From Candidatus Bathyarchaeota archaeon (GTDB lineage Archaea > Thermoproteota > Bathyarchaeia > Bathyarchaeales > Bathycorpusculaceae), in NCBI GenBank assembly GCA_963832745.1, contig CAWHVC010000001.1, positions 288,001-352,000 of the forward strand: DNA of 64,000 nt, in the 5' to 3' direction. Below, piece by piece: positions 40,061 to 49,526 of this stretch. The notes beneath the pieces are model-generated. The model made no database searches, was not told where the DNA came from, and saw nothing but the letters and a program-made list of their open reading frames with translations. The position numbers were made by a program, and so were the translations under genes. Numbering within the stretch: the first letter of the stretch is position 1; the number at the start of each line of letters is the position of its first letter.

Positions 40061-41563
40061 ATGACAACTGACGAAGCTTCAGAAAAAAGAATTAGCGAGT
40101 ACAAAAAAAGACTCGAAGAGTTGGAAAGAGAAAACCAAAAACTCCGCGCAGTAAATCAGGAATTGGCTAAATCACAAATTGCCGTCCTTGAAGATGCAAT
40201 ACAGGGAGCTAAGGACATAGTTGCAAACAATGAAGAAACCATTAAAAACGGCAAAAAAATGGTTGAACTAACAAGTACTGTAGAAAAATCCGTTCAAGAA
40301 GTAGCAAAGCTGGCGCTTGAAACAACCAGTACAATCGACAAGGTTGCAAGCGCTGCTAAAAACGTTGGAGAAGTCGCAAGTAAAGTTTACACTGAAGCGG
40401 ACAACGCAAATAAAGAAACCGCCAAAGTTTTAGAAATGGGCAAACAGGCTGCGAACGTTTCCAACCAAATGGCAATCGGTATGCAACAAGTAAGCACTGC
40501 ATCACAGCAGGTTTCAACTGGCGCTCAAAAGCTTGCGGATCTTTCACAAAACGCTGCGAGAAGCACTGAAGCTTTAAAGAAAGTAATGGATGACGCGGGC
40601 ATAATCGCTAAAGAAGCGTCAAACGTTACTGGGGAAGCGTTGAAGAAGTCAAAAGAAGCAAACGAGAAAAGCCAAAAAGGTCTTCAGGCAATTGAAAACA
40701 TTAAAACTAACATTATCAAGGTTTCTGATGCAGTAACGTCTATGGTTAGCTCAATTGATCAAGTTGGGCAAATGGCTAACTCTGTTTCAGACATTGCGGG
40801 TCAAACTAACATGCTTGCACTTAATGCTGCTATTGAAGCTGCAAGAGCAGGCGAGGCAGGAAGAGGATTTGCAGTTGTCGCTGACGCCGTAAAAGGTTTA
40901 GCAGGTCAATCTAAAGTAGCAGCCCAATCATCAATCAGTCTTGTTAAGAACATTAAAGACGCTGGTAGTCAAACTAGCAGCATCTCAGGCCAATCACAAG
41001 TGGGCGCTCAAGAAGGAGCCACAGTTGTTTTAGCTGCTATAAAAGAGTCTGAAGGCATCGCCATTATAATGGATGTTATGAATGGAAAAGTAAACAACCT
41101 TGCATATGGCGTCGAAAAAGGTCTTCAGGAAATCAACGCGGTTACAAGAACCATCGAGGAAGTTGCAAGCATCGCGGAAGAAAGCTCATCAGCATCACAA
41201 GAGGCGTCATCAGCCACTGAAGAACAGACAGCAGCAGCTCAACAGATGGCAAGCATCGCCCGAGATGTTTCTTCAGTAGCTGAAGGAGTAGAAAAATCAA
41301 CAAAGAGAGTACTTGTAAACGCTGAGGAAGTAGCAAGACTCGCCGATAACGTAAGTACCGACGCAGCCATCGTTGAAAAGTCCGCTAAAGAAATTGAAAC
41401 GTACGCTGAGACAGTGGCTTTTACCACAAGTGAAGTGGGAGAAAACGCTCATTCAGTAGTTACTGCCGCTGAAGAAACAAACGTTAACCTGCAAAAACTC
41501 ATCGATAAAAGAACAGCTATACTTAACGATTTAATGCAAAAATACAACGTAAAAAAAGATTAG
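40061..41563 (+). CDS. Soluble methyl-accepting chemotaxis protein
   Basis: [30 protein letters not shown] signalling tip; no TM segments. Confidence 0.9.
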   Translation: MTTDEASEKRISEYKKRLEELERENQKLRAVNQELAKSQIAVLEDAIQGAKDIVANNEETIKNGKKMVELTSTVEKSVQEVAKLALETTSTIDKVASAAKNVGEVASKVYTEADNANKETAKVLEMGKQAANVSNQMAIGMQQVSTASQQVSTGAQKLADLSQNAARSTEALKKVMDDAGIIAKEASNVTGEALKKSKEANEKSQKGLQAIENIKTNIIKVSDAVTSMVSSIDQVGQMANSVSDIAGQTNMLALNAAIEAARAGEAGRGFAVVADAVKGLAGQSKVAAQSSISLVKNIKDAGSQTSSISGQSQVGAQEGATVVLAAIKESEGIAIIMDVMNGKVNNLAYGVEKGLQEINAVTRTIEEVASIAEESSSASQEASSATEEQTAAAQQMASIARDVSSVAEGVEKSTKRVLVNAEEVARLADNVSTDAAIVEKSAKEIETYAETVAFTTSEVGENAHSVVTAAEETNVNLQKLIDKRTAILNDLMQKYNVKKD

Positions 41564-41572
41564 GCGAACAAT

Positions 41573-42031
41573 ATGGCGAAATCTGTTCATAACGGCGACT
41601 TTCAAATTGTCAACTTCACCGTAGACAACATAAACTATGGGGTACCAGTTGAGCAAGTACGTGAAGTCCGAGACATGCAAGCAGTAACTCCTGTTCCAGG
41701 AGCCCCAGCGTATGTTGAAGGCGTAACTAACTTACGTGGACAAATCATTACCGTTTTTGATCTGCGTAAACGTTTAGGGCTTGCTGAAAAGAAAGGCTCA
41801 GGCGAAAAAATCTTGATAATTGACTTGGACAAATCAGCAGTAGGCGTCGTGGTTGATGCAGTAACTGAAGTTTCGACGATCCGAGAAGCGGATGTTGAAA
41901 AAAATATTGAAGTTACATCTGCACTTGGCGACTTCATTTTGGGCGTTGGAAAACAGAATGACCAGTTAGCGGTCATTTTGGATATTTCTAAAATCGTGCT
42001 TAAAACCAAAACGCAAGAATTGCCCAATTAA
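41573..42031 (+). CDS. cheW: Chemotaxis adaptor CheW
   Basis: V.EV......VPGAP.YVEGV.NLRGQII.V.DLR, G.VVD.V. Confidence 0.92.
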   Translation: MAKSVHNGDFQIVNFTVDNINYGVPVEQVREVRDMQAVTPVPGAPAYVEGVTNLRGQIITVFDLRKRLGLAEKKGSGEKILIIDLDKSAVGVVVDAVTEVSTIREADVEKNIEVTSALGDFILGVGKQNDQLAVILDISKIVLKTKTQELPN

Positions 42032-42040
42032 CCTTCTTTT

Positions 42041-42394
42041 TTAAGAATCATAAATTTTATCACATACAGCACTTAACACATTTTTGGAATGCCTTATTGT
42101 TTCCATAGCAACGTGGCCTTTCTCGGTTAGTTTATAAACTGTTTTCCGCCCGTCAGTTTCACCATAAATCAAACCTTTTCGCTCAATAGCATAAAGTGTA
42201 GAATAGACTGTGCCTGGACTCATTGACTCTGAAAACTTGAGGTTAACTAAATCAATAATGTCATATCCACTGATGGATTCACGTTTTGACATTTCCATCA
42301 AAATGATGACGTTAAGAAATTCTCGGATAATTCTTGTTTTTATTGCCTCTAACGTGTATTCCGCAGGTAAAATGGCGTTTTGAAGGTTCGTCAA
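42041..42394 (-). CDS. PadR family transcriptional regulator
   Basis: SGYDI, SPGTVYS.L..IER.GLI, RK.VY.LT.KG. Confidence 0.85.
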   Translation of the reverse strand: MTNLQNAILPAEYTLEAIKTRIIREFLNVIILMEMSKRESISGYDIIDLVNLKFSESMSPGTVYSTLYAIERKGLIYGETDGRKTVYKLTEKGHVAMETIRHSKNVLSAVCDKIYDS

Positions 42395-42568
42395 GCAATC
42401 AAGCGTCCTTTGGTAACAGGTGAATTATTTAACGCGGAGCGCTTTTAAAGTTATCGTGCGATAACTTGTTTGAAAGAAAAGTTTTTGAATCCTGCCCGAA
42501 TATGTTAAGAATAGATATTTTTGAAATAAACTGGATTTATTTCAAAAAAAATGAGTTGAAAATTGGGT

Positions 42569-43189
42569 TTAATAGTAGTAAGTCAATGTTACGGTGCCAT
42601 TGTTTGCTTCATTGCTGATATTACCAAGTTGAATGTCTATCGTGCCGGGAAGAATCGGGAAGTATGCCGTTCCATCGACGCCGACGGTGATTGTTTGATT
42701 GTAGTTTAATCCTGCATATGTGTAAGCTGCGTTAATGTAAGTACTGTTAGAAGATGATTGAACCTTTACTTCAACGTAACCTGCATAACCCAAAGTATCA
42801 TTCCAAAGGATAGTTGTTGTGTTTGCATCTTGAGTAAAAGATTGGCTATCTAATATTATTGCTGAATCGTTAAGGGCAAGAATGCTGGCGTAATTGCTGT
42901 TTTCGTCGGTTAATTCTGCTAGCTGCGTTTCGTAATCGGAGACTGAACTGTTAAGGGTGTTTAGCTGATTTTGGAGTATAGTTACTTTCGCGTTAAGGTT
43001 GGAAATTGTGGTTGTTTGTTCGGCTACTTGGTTTTCCAGGTCTGACATGTTTGTGCTGTCGAAAACTGTTCCATTTGCGACTGCCGCGGCTAAACCGGCT
43101 GCAAGTATAATGCAGACTACACCTAAAGCGAGTGCTATGTTTCTGTCAACAACTTTTCCGTTATTTGTTTCTGTCATTTTAGAGGTCAC
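42569..43189 (-). CDS. Membrane-anchored coiled-coil exported protein
   Basis: N-terminal TM, heptad coiled coil, beta-rich C-terminal domain. Confidence 0.7.
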   Translation of the reverse strand: MTSKMTETNNGKVVDRNIALALGVVCIILAAGLAAAVANGTVFDSTNMSDLENQVAEQTTTISNLNAKVTILQNQLNTLNSSVSDYETQLAELTDENSNYASILALNDSAIILDSQSFTQDANTTTILWNDTLGYAGYVEVKVQSSSNSTYINAAYTYAGLNYNQTITVGVDGTAYFPILPGTIDIQLGNISNEANNGTVTLTYYY

Positions 43190-43284
43190 TTTATTTTTCG
43201 TGTTTGTTTCTGCTATGGATAGGGATTTTTCTAAATGCCAGAGCAGTTGATGTAAAAATCAAAACCGTGTATTAAGCGGTTTTT

Positions 43285-43312
43285 CCCAAATTGACCCCTA
43301 GTTAAACCCAAA
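43285..43312 (-). promoter_or_regulatory. Direct-repeat box (TTTGGG-N5-CTAGGG-GTCAA-TTTGGG) upstream of TATA-like TTAATA
   Basis: The same architecture occurs at 44203-44230 and 44953-44980. Confidence 0.65.
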
Positions 43313-43329
43313 ATATTAAAAAAAGAAGT

Positions 43330-43779
43330 TTAGTATTTTACGCTCAAATATAGCAGTACCGATAAAGCTGCAAACTCGAACAGGTCAGGCAAGACTATGA
43401 ATGGACCTAAACCCATCGGAAAGAAATGGAAGATGCTTGCTGTAAACGGACTTGAAAACAAATCTTTTAATAGAAATGCAAACCCGAAGATAAGCAGAGC
43501 AAAGGAGAATTCTGATTTTGTTTTTTTGTAGACGCTAATGAACGTAATTAGTAGGACAATTAATAATGCAACGTTTAAAGTTGAGACGATCGCATGTGCA
43601 ATGTAGAAGAATTCAAAATCGTAATAGAAGAAGGCTTGTCCTCCAGGGGGCTGTCTTTGTTCAACCGGCGTATAGAGTATGGATGCTGCCCAAAAAGCTG
43701 CAAACAAGCCAACCAATATAAGAATTGGAAGAAGTAATCCAATCTTGAATTTTATGTCACTTTTCATCTTGGTTTCCAC
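43330..43779 (-). CDS. Multi-TM membrane protein co-transcribed with the wHTH regulator
   Basis: About four TM helices; N..LL..L...F...Y....S.F...L..F and P..FE..AL..L.Y motifs. Confidence 0.7.
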   Translation of the reverse strand: METKMKSDIKFKIGLLLPILILVGLFAAFWAASILYTPVEQRQPPGGQAFFYYDFEFFYIAHAIVSTLNVALLIVLLITFISVYKKTKSEFSFALLIFGFAFLLKDLFSSPFTASIFHFFPMGLGPFIVLPDLFEFAALSVLLYLSVKY

Positions 43780-43798
43780 TTTTGCCTTGCCCCTTTTT

Positions 43799-44101
43799 CT
43801 ACTTTTTCCCTATTTTGCTGCTAATCTCCTCAAACAGGTTGTAATTGTCCTCCATCACTTGAGAAAGAAAATATGTTGCACCATATCGATCGCCGATTGA
43901 CGTGATCAAACGGTTTTTCTCCAGAACTTCCAAGTGGTGACGCATTGTTTTGTAATCCATGTTTAGCAACGTCGCAAGTTGGTTAGCATTTTGGGGTTTA
44001 TTTTTAAGGGCTTCAAAAATTTTTGCCCTAGTCGGCCCGCCGCGAGTGCCTGCGATTAACCATCCAAGCAGATACTTTAGTGAACGGGCGTTGCTAGACA
44101 T
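43799..44101 (-). CDS. ArsR-like winged helix-turn-helix regulator
   Basis: WLIAGTRGGPTR..I, P.NANQLA..L..DYKT.RHHL.VL, YG..YF. Confidence 0.85.
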   Translation of the reverse strand: MSSNARSLKYLLGWLIAGTRGGPTRAKIFEALKNKPQNANQLATLLNMDYKTMRHHLEVLEKNRLITSIGDRYGATYFLSQVMEDNYNLFEEISSKIGKK

Positions 44102-44202
44102 TTTTTAACATCCTGTATAGGAAATCTTTGTTTCAACTTATTCTGATTAAGGTAATAAATGTCACCTTTTTTGTTTGTGTTATCTAGGCTTTTATGGCAA
44201 AA

Positions 44203-44230
44203 TTAGGAGTCAATTTGGGCTAAATATTGA
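44203..44230 (+). promoter_or_regulatory. Direct-repeat box (TTAGGA-GTCAA-TTTGGG-CTAAA-TATTGA) upstream of TTAATA
   Basis: Matches the boxes at 43285 and 44953; TTAATA at 44239. Confidence 0.65.
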
Positions 44231-44285
44231 AAAATGCCTTAATAATTTTCTGCGAACCCAGCTTTGTTTATGGAGGTGAACAAGC

Positions 44286-44834
44286 ATAGACACAAAAACA
44301 AAAGCGTTGACTTTAATTTCAGTGTTAGTTTTAGCCGCAGCCGCTACAACCCTGTTAGTTACAAATCAACTCAACGTTAACGCCGACACCAACAGCACAA
44401 GCACAGTAACCTCAGACGATTCAGCAACAAATACAAGCACAACCACAACAGTAGCTGACGACAATGCCAGTCAATACTTCTGCTTTGGTCATGGACGAAT
44501 GGGATTGATGACCATACAAGTAGAACATGGATTCGGAGGTCATGGACAGGTTCAAGTAAGCGATGAATTCAAAGAAAACGTCACCAGCATTGCGAGTGCT
44601 GATTCAGACGTACAAGACCTACTAAATAACGGATACAACGTGACCGCAGTAACTCCGATACTACAAAGCACTGTTGACGGAAACGGATACGTAACCACTA
44701 GAGCTTCAACTGCAATCCTCACCTTAACCAAAGACGACACAAACAGTTATGGCAGAGCACAGGTACTTGTTAACATTGACCAAGCCACAGTAACAAAAAT
44801 CTACACTGAAACAAGAACCCTAATAGAGAAGTAA
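44286..44834 (+). CDS. Exported hypothetical protein with Ser/Thr-rich linker
   Basis: Signal peptide, S/T-rich stretch, Gly/His patch, QVS.EF..NV..IA..D.DVQ.LL..GYN domain. Perfect SD GGAGGTGA followed by in-frame ATA at 44286. Confidence 0.7.
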   Translation: MDTKTKALTLISVLVLAAAATTLLVTNQLNVNADTNSTSTVTSDDSATNTSTTTTVADDNASQYFCFGHGRMGLMTIQVEHGFGGHGQVQVSDEFKENVTSIASADSDVQDLLNNGYNVTAVTPILQSTVDGNGYVTTRASTAILTLTKDDTNSYGRAQVLVNIDQATVTKIYTETRTLIEK

Positions 44835-44952
44835 CTTTAACCCAACCAATTTTTCTCTTCTTTCTCCATTATTCCCTTTAAAGTTCTTCTCTTTTTTTCA
44901 AAAAAATATTTCACGTAAACATTATGCGTTCTTTGCCGAGTTAAGGTTTGGA

Positions 44953-44980
44953 TTTGGGTTCAATTTGGGTATTATTTTGA
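44953..44980 (+). promoter_or_regulatory. Direct-repeat box (TTTGGG-TTCAA-TTTGGG-TATTA-TTTTGA) upstream of TTTAATA
   Basis: Matches the boxes at 43285 and 44203; TATA-like element at ~44987. Confidence 0.65.
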
Positions 44981-45019
44981 AATTAATTTAATAGCAAACC
45001 TGACCTTCAAGGGTCTTCA

Positions 45020-45125
45020 TGGCAGCCGAGAAGGTAAAAAACCCGTGTAAAGTTGCCGCAGACTCTCACCGTTTGAGTTTTGTGGCGTCGAACAAGCATC
45101 CTCCTCAGCACCTTCTCGGTTGCCA
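45020..45125 (+). ncRNA. Candidate structured 5' leader RNA
   Basis: Closing stem TGGCAGCCGAGAAGGT / ACCTTCTCGGTTGCCA (16 bp, one G-U) encloses an inner stem GCCGCAGACTC / GAGTTTTGTGGC with G-U pairs; lies between the promoter and the ABC permease start. Confidence 0.5.
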
Positions 45126-45156
45126 AACTTCAACCTAAAATATATGGTGACCATTT

Positions 45157-46602
45157 TTGGGCGTACTAAACAGAGCTGTAAGAAATATTTCAAGAAGAAA
45201 AATTCGTGCTTCACTTGTAATAATTGCGTTGGCTTTTTCTATGGCCATTTTAATCTCGATACCTGCTGGAGTTATGGCTAATCAGGATGTTGCTCAATCT
45301 TTAAGCGACAACCTGAGTAGAACAATAACAGAGACAGGAGCATCCATTAATCAAACATTAACCCAGATAGATTGTACTTCGGAGCTTTCAGGATACGGTT
45401 TTAGACCTGCTGAATCAACAGGCAACTATAATCAAAGTGATAGACCCATGCCTTCTGGAGGATTTGGAGGCTCTGGTTTTGATCCAAGCCAGTTCGGTGG
45501 AGGTGGAATACCGGGACAATTTGGCGGCGGCTCCTTTGGCGGTGGTGAAGCTAATCCGATGAATCAGAGCTTGTATGACGATGTTTCAAGCATTAGTGGT
45601 GTTGCTGCTGTAGCACCCATTTTAGATGCGACTCAAGGTCAAAATGTAACTCAGGAGTTCATGGGCAGAAGCTTCACAAGAATCGTAGCGGATTACGTAA
45701 TTGAAGGCATACCACTGACTGAGGACCTCGTTAACTACAACATTTTACCAACTAATATTACAGAGGGCAGAAACCTGCAAGCTGGCGATAGCGGCGTAGT
45801 TGTTTTAAGTGAAAACAACACAGCATACTTCAACGCTGGCGTAGGCGATACAATATCAATTCTAGGTGAATCCTTCACTGTAGTAGGTATTCATGGGACA
45901 TCAGGCGTTTCAGACATCACTACGCTATACATGAACCTAACGGATGCTCAAACAATAACCAACAACACCGGTTACATAACAACATTAAGAGTGTTCGCCA
46001 CAGACAGTTCAGTAGTGTCACAAGTAGCAAGTGACATCAGCGCATTACACAGCGAATTAAACGTTCAAACAGCTCAAAGCACTCTGGAACGAATGCAAAG
46101 CCTGCAATCAAGCCAAACTACCGCAATAGAAAACGCTGAAGCATCACTTGCCCAAAGCCAAAGCACAGCCATTCAAGAAATCATCGTGGTAGTTCTCGCA
46201 ACTAGCTTAATCGTCCTATTCGTAATGCTCTACACTGTTCGTGAACGTACCAAAGAAATTGGCACACTCAAAGCAATCGGTTTCAGCAACCGCACTGTAA
46301 TGAGGCAATTTGTTTTAGAAGGCATCCTGTTGAGCGTTATCGCTGGAGCCATAGGCATTGCTATTGGAACATTCCTTGCGCCAACGCTATCTTCGCTACT
46401 ATTGCCAGCAATAAGCTCAGGAGCAACAGGAGCAGCTAGCCAATTCAGTCAAGCCACAATCCAAACCGCCGCGGTTTCGGTTACTCCGGAGTTGATGTTG
46501 CTTGTTTTCGGCTTCTCAATACTGCTTGGAACACTTGGCAGTTTGTATCCAGCTTGGAGAGCAGCAAAAATTAGACCAGCAGAGGCGATGAGATATGAGT
46601 GA
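45157..46602 (+). CDS. MacB/FtsX-like ABC transporter permease
   Basis: A.RNI.RRK.R, large extracellular loop with GR.L, V.ERTKEIG.LKAIG, YPAWRA....P.EA.RYE. Confidence 0.88.
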   Translation: MGVLNRAVRNISRRKIRASLVIIALAFSMAILISIPAGVMANQDVAQSLSDNLSRTITETGASINQTLTQIDCTSELSGYGFRPAESTGNYNQSDRPMPSGGFGGSGFDPSQFGGGGIPGQFGGGSFGGGEANPMNQSLYDDVSSISGVAAVAPILDATQGQNVTQEFMGRSFTRIVADYVIEGIPLTEDLVNYNILPTNITEGRNLQAGDSGVVVLSENNTAYFNAGVGDTISILGESFTVVGIHGTSGVSDITTLYMNLTDAQTITNNTGYITTLRVFATDSSVVSQVASDISALHSELNVQTAQSTLERMQSLQSSQTTAIENAEASLAQSQSTAIQEIIVVVLATSLIVLFVMLYTVRERTKEIGTLKAIGFSNRTVMRQFVLEGILLSVIAGAIGIAIGTFLAPTLSSLLLPAISSGATGAASQFSQATIQTAAVSVTPELMLLVFGFSILLGTLGSLYPAWRAAKIRPAEAMRYE

Positions 46603-47359
46603 GATAGCATTAAAAATTGAAAAACTAACAAAAAGTTACATGCTTGGCAAACGTGAAGTCCAAGCGTTAACTAACCTTAATTTGGAAGTTAAAAAAGGTG
46701 AATTCGTATCCATCATGGGACCTTCCGGTTCAGGAAAAACCACACTGCTAAACGTTATTGGATGCATAGATAAAGCAACCAAAGGAAATGTAGTTTTAGA
46801 CGGCGTCGAAATTGACAAAATGCCTGAGAATGAACTCTACAAAATTCGCAGAGACAAAATGGGATTCATCTTCCAATCTTTCAACCTATTGCCGTACCTC
46901 AACGCCAGAGAAAACGTAGAATTACCAATGGAGCTAAAAACCTCATCTAAAGAGGCCAGAAGCAAAAGAGCAAGCGAACTGTTGGCGTTAGTTGGACTTT
47001 CCGGAAGAGAAAGCCATCGCCCACAAAGGTTAAGCCAAGGAGAACAACAACGCGTCGCCATCGCACGTGCACTCGCCAACGACCCAGCAATCATCTTAGC
47101 AGACGAACCTACAGGCAACTTAGATATTCAAAACAAGCAAGACATCATTAAACTGCTTGCAAACCTAAACATCAAACAGAAAACCACAATCATCATGGTT
47201 ACCCATGACAGTCAAGTTGCTTCTCACACTGAAAGAGTAGTCTTTCTTAAAGACGGCAAAATCTCAAAAGAAAGAGAAGGCCTACTGCTAAACAGGAAAC
47301 GTGAGGGTCAATTAAAACCCTATAAAGTAGAACAAGGAAAAGTGAAAGAAAATGTCTGA
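46595..47359 (+). CDS. MacB/LolD-like ABC ATPase
   Basis: GPSGSGKTT, GFIFQSFNL, LSQGEQQRVAIARAL, ADEPTGNLD, VTHD. Confidence 0.9.
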   Translation: MSEIALKIEKLTKSYMLGKREVQALTNLNLEVKKGEFVSIMGPSGSGKTTLLNVIGCIDKATKGNVVLDGVEIDKMPENELYKIRRDKMGFIFQSFNLLPYLNARENVELPMELKTSSKEARSKRASELLALVGLSGRESHRPQRLSQGEQQRVAIARALANDPAIILADEPTGNLDIQNKQDIIKLLANLNIKQKTTIIMVTHDSQVASHTERVVFLKDGKISKEREGLLLNRKREGQLKPYKVEQGKVKENV

Positions 47360-48740
47360 AACCCCTGAAAACCAAAACGCAGAAACAACGCAACCAATCG
47401 ATGAAGACCCAGCGGAACAAGCGACACATGCACCTGTTCAAGAAAACGAGTCGCCACAAAAAGCTTCAACGCCATCCTCTCAAGAATATTCACCTTTTTG
47501 GCCAACTGAGGAGCAGTCTCCTCCGCCACCGCCCCCGTCTTCGCCGTCTTCTTTATCACAACCTCATCAACATAAACATAGAAACACCAAAATAGTCATG
47601 GTAGCGCTTCTTGCTATTTGTTTGCTTGCTGGAAGTTTTATCGGGTACGCCTTAACCTATTCGACGCTTGACGGCAAAATTAATGACCTACAGTCTCAAC
47701 TGCAGTATTATCAGTCAAACGGGCAAACAGGCAATGTTGACACAGTTTCCAGCCTGAACTATACAGGTTCACTAGCCAGCTTGTATCAGAACGTTAAAGC
47801 TTCCGTTGTGGTTGTTCAGGACCTTGTGCCGCAATATAACATGTTTGGGTTCCTTGCCGGTTACGGTATCCAGCAGGGATCTGGTTTTGTAACCAGCGTC
47901 AACGGGCAACAAGTAATCGTGACAAACAATCACGTAATCGACACTGCAACAAACATTACTGTAACCTTTGCGGATGGCACCAGTTACACTGCAGAAGTTT
48001 TAGGCTCTGACGCAAATGCGGACCTTGCCGTTTTAAGCGTAGATTCATTACCCAGCGGCGTGCAGTCCCTAACAATGGTCAGTTCATCAACTTTAAACGT
48101 AGGAGACACCGTCGTCGCGGTAGGTTCACCGTACGGGCTTTCAGGAACCTTAACAACAGGCATCATCAGTGCGCTTGGAAGAACAATCGTTGAAGGAAGC
48201 AGCACAACAGGCATCGCCATCCCAGATACTATTCAAACAAGCACAGAAATCAACCCTGGAAACTCTGGAGGCCCACTCATCAACCTGCAAGGGCAAGTCG
48301 TAGGCATAACCACCGCGGCAGTCAGCGACTCACAGGGCTTAGGCTTCGCAATCCCATCAGACACAATTATACGCGAAATCGTCTCGCTCGTCAACACCGG
48401 TTCATACACTCAGCATCCATCATTAAACGCTCAAGGAACTGACATGAACCTACAAATCGCGCAAGCAATGGGAACCGATGTCACCTATGGATGGCTGGTA
48501 GAATCAACGCAACAAAACAGTGCACTTAAAGGCGGCACAACCCAAGCAACCATTCTCGGTGACCACGTAATCATCGGCGGAGACATCATAATCGGCGCAG
48601 GCAACAAAGTAATAACCAACTCAGATGATCTACTTACGTACTTGGAACAGAATACGTTGCCAGGGCAAAACGTAGATTTCACGGTGATTCGAGATGGACA
48701 GCAGCAGACTGTAACGGTGGAAATCGGCAGCCTAAGCTAA
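47352..48740 (+). CDS. htrA: HtrA/DegP-like membrane-anchored serine protease with PDZ domain
   Basis: TNNHV, DLAVL, INPGNSGGPL triad motifs; PDZ with GDII; Pro-rich N-terminus and TM. Confidence 0.88.
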   Translation: MSETPENQNAETTQPIDEDPAEQATHAPVQENESPQKASTPSSQEYSPFWPTEEQSPPPPPPSSPSSLSQPHQHKHRNTKIVMVALLAICLLAGSFIGYALTYSTLDGKINDLQSQLQYYQSNGQTGNVDTVSSLNYTGSLASLYQNVKASVVVVQDLVPQYNMFGFLAGYGIQQGSGFVTSVNGQQVIVTNNHVIDTATNITVTFADGTSYTAEVLGSDANADLAVLSVDSLPSGVQSLTMVSSSTLNVGDTVVAVGSPYGLSGTLTTGIISALGRTIVEGSSTTGIAIPDTIQTSTEINPGNSGGPLINLQGQVVGITTAAVSDSQGLGFAIPSDTIIREIVSLVNTGSYTQHPSLNAQGTDMNLQIAQAMGTDVTYGWLVESTQQNSALKGGTTQATILGDHVIIGGDIIIGAGNKVITNSDDLLTYLEQNTLPGQNVDFTVIRDGQQQTVTVEIGSLS

Positions 48741-48849
48741 AACCAATCCACATTTCTTTTTATTTTTTAATTTAGAATTTGCTTGGAACGGTAGATGCTA
48801 ATGTTAAATTTTAAACCAAAAGCATATTGAAAACCGGTGATAAAAAAAA

Positions 48850-49371
48850 TTAATTCGGGGATAAGAAGCTTTCAATGTCCGCAATAAACTTCAGTGACTC
48901 TTCTTCTATCTGCCGGGTTAAAGCTTCTAAATTGCTGAAATCAGCGTTTTCAACCAAAACATGCTCAACGATTGAGTCAACACCGTTAAGGCTTAACGGA
49001 ACCTTGTACTTGTTGTAGTTTGCTTCTTTGAAGAGTTTCCAGTATTTTGCTTGAATAGTCTTGTTGTATCCTGCGAGCCAAATCTCGAATCTAAAAGCAT
49101 CATGTACAAACAGGAGTACAACTTTGAGTTTTTGTTGCTTCAAAGCTTTAGGAAAGAAGTAAAAATATGAATAATCCATTTGTCCTGGTTGAACGTTTCC
49201 TGAAACAAAAAAGTCAGGATACTTCTTTTCAAAATGCAGCCGTAAGTCGTCAAGGTAACCCATCAGCCCCTTGTAAGCCGTTTTAATGGTTTGCTTTGCC
49301 AGCTGATTTCTGTACTCTTTTAAGCCATTTAGAAAACCAAGCGGTGTTTCTGTTGTATCTTTAGCGTTCAA
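48850..49371 (-). CDS. Conserved hypothetical protein (DUF7000-like)
   Basis: AY.GLM.Y...LR..F...YP, G.MDY.YF, FEIWL.G.N...Q..YW. Confidence 0.65.
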   Translation of the reverse strand: MNAKDTTETPLGFLNGLKEYRNQLAKQTIKTAYKGLMGYLDDLRLHFEKKYPDFFVSGNVQPGQMDYSYFYFFPKALKQQKLKVVLLFVHDAFRFEIWLAGYNKTIQAKYWKLFKEANYNKYKVPLSLNGVDSIVEHVLVENADFSNLEALTRQIEEESLKFIADIESFLSPN

Positions 49372-49526
49372 TTTTTTCCCTAAAAGCTTTATGCGTCGAA
49401 CTAATTATAAACTTTTAACGTTAGATGGGCGCGTAAAGGTTTATTGACTAAACTTTTGCTTGAATTAGCGTATCCTTATATGCACCCAAAGCAGCCTATA
49501 TATAAATTCATAAAGAAGGTAAAGCC

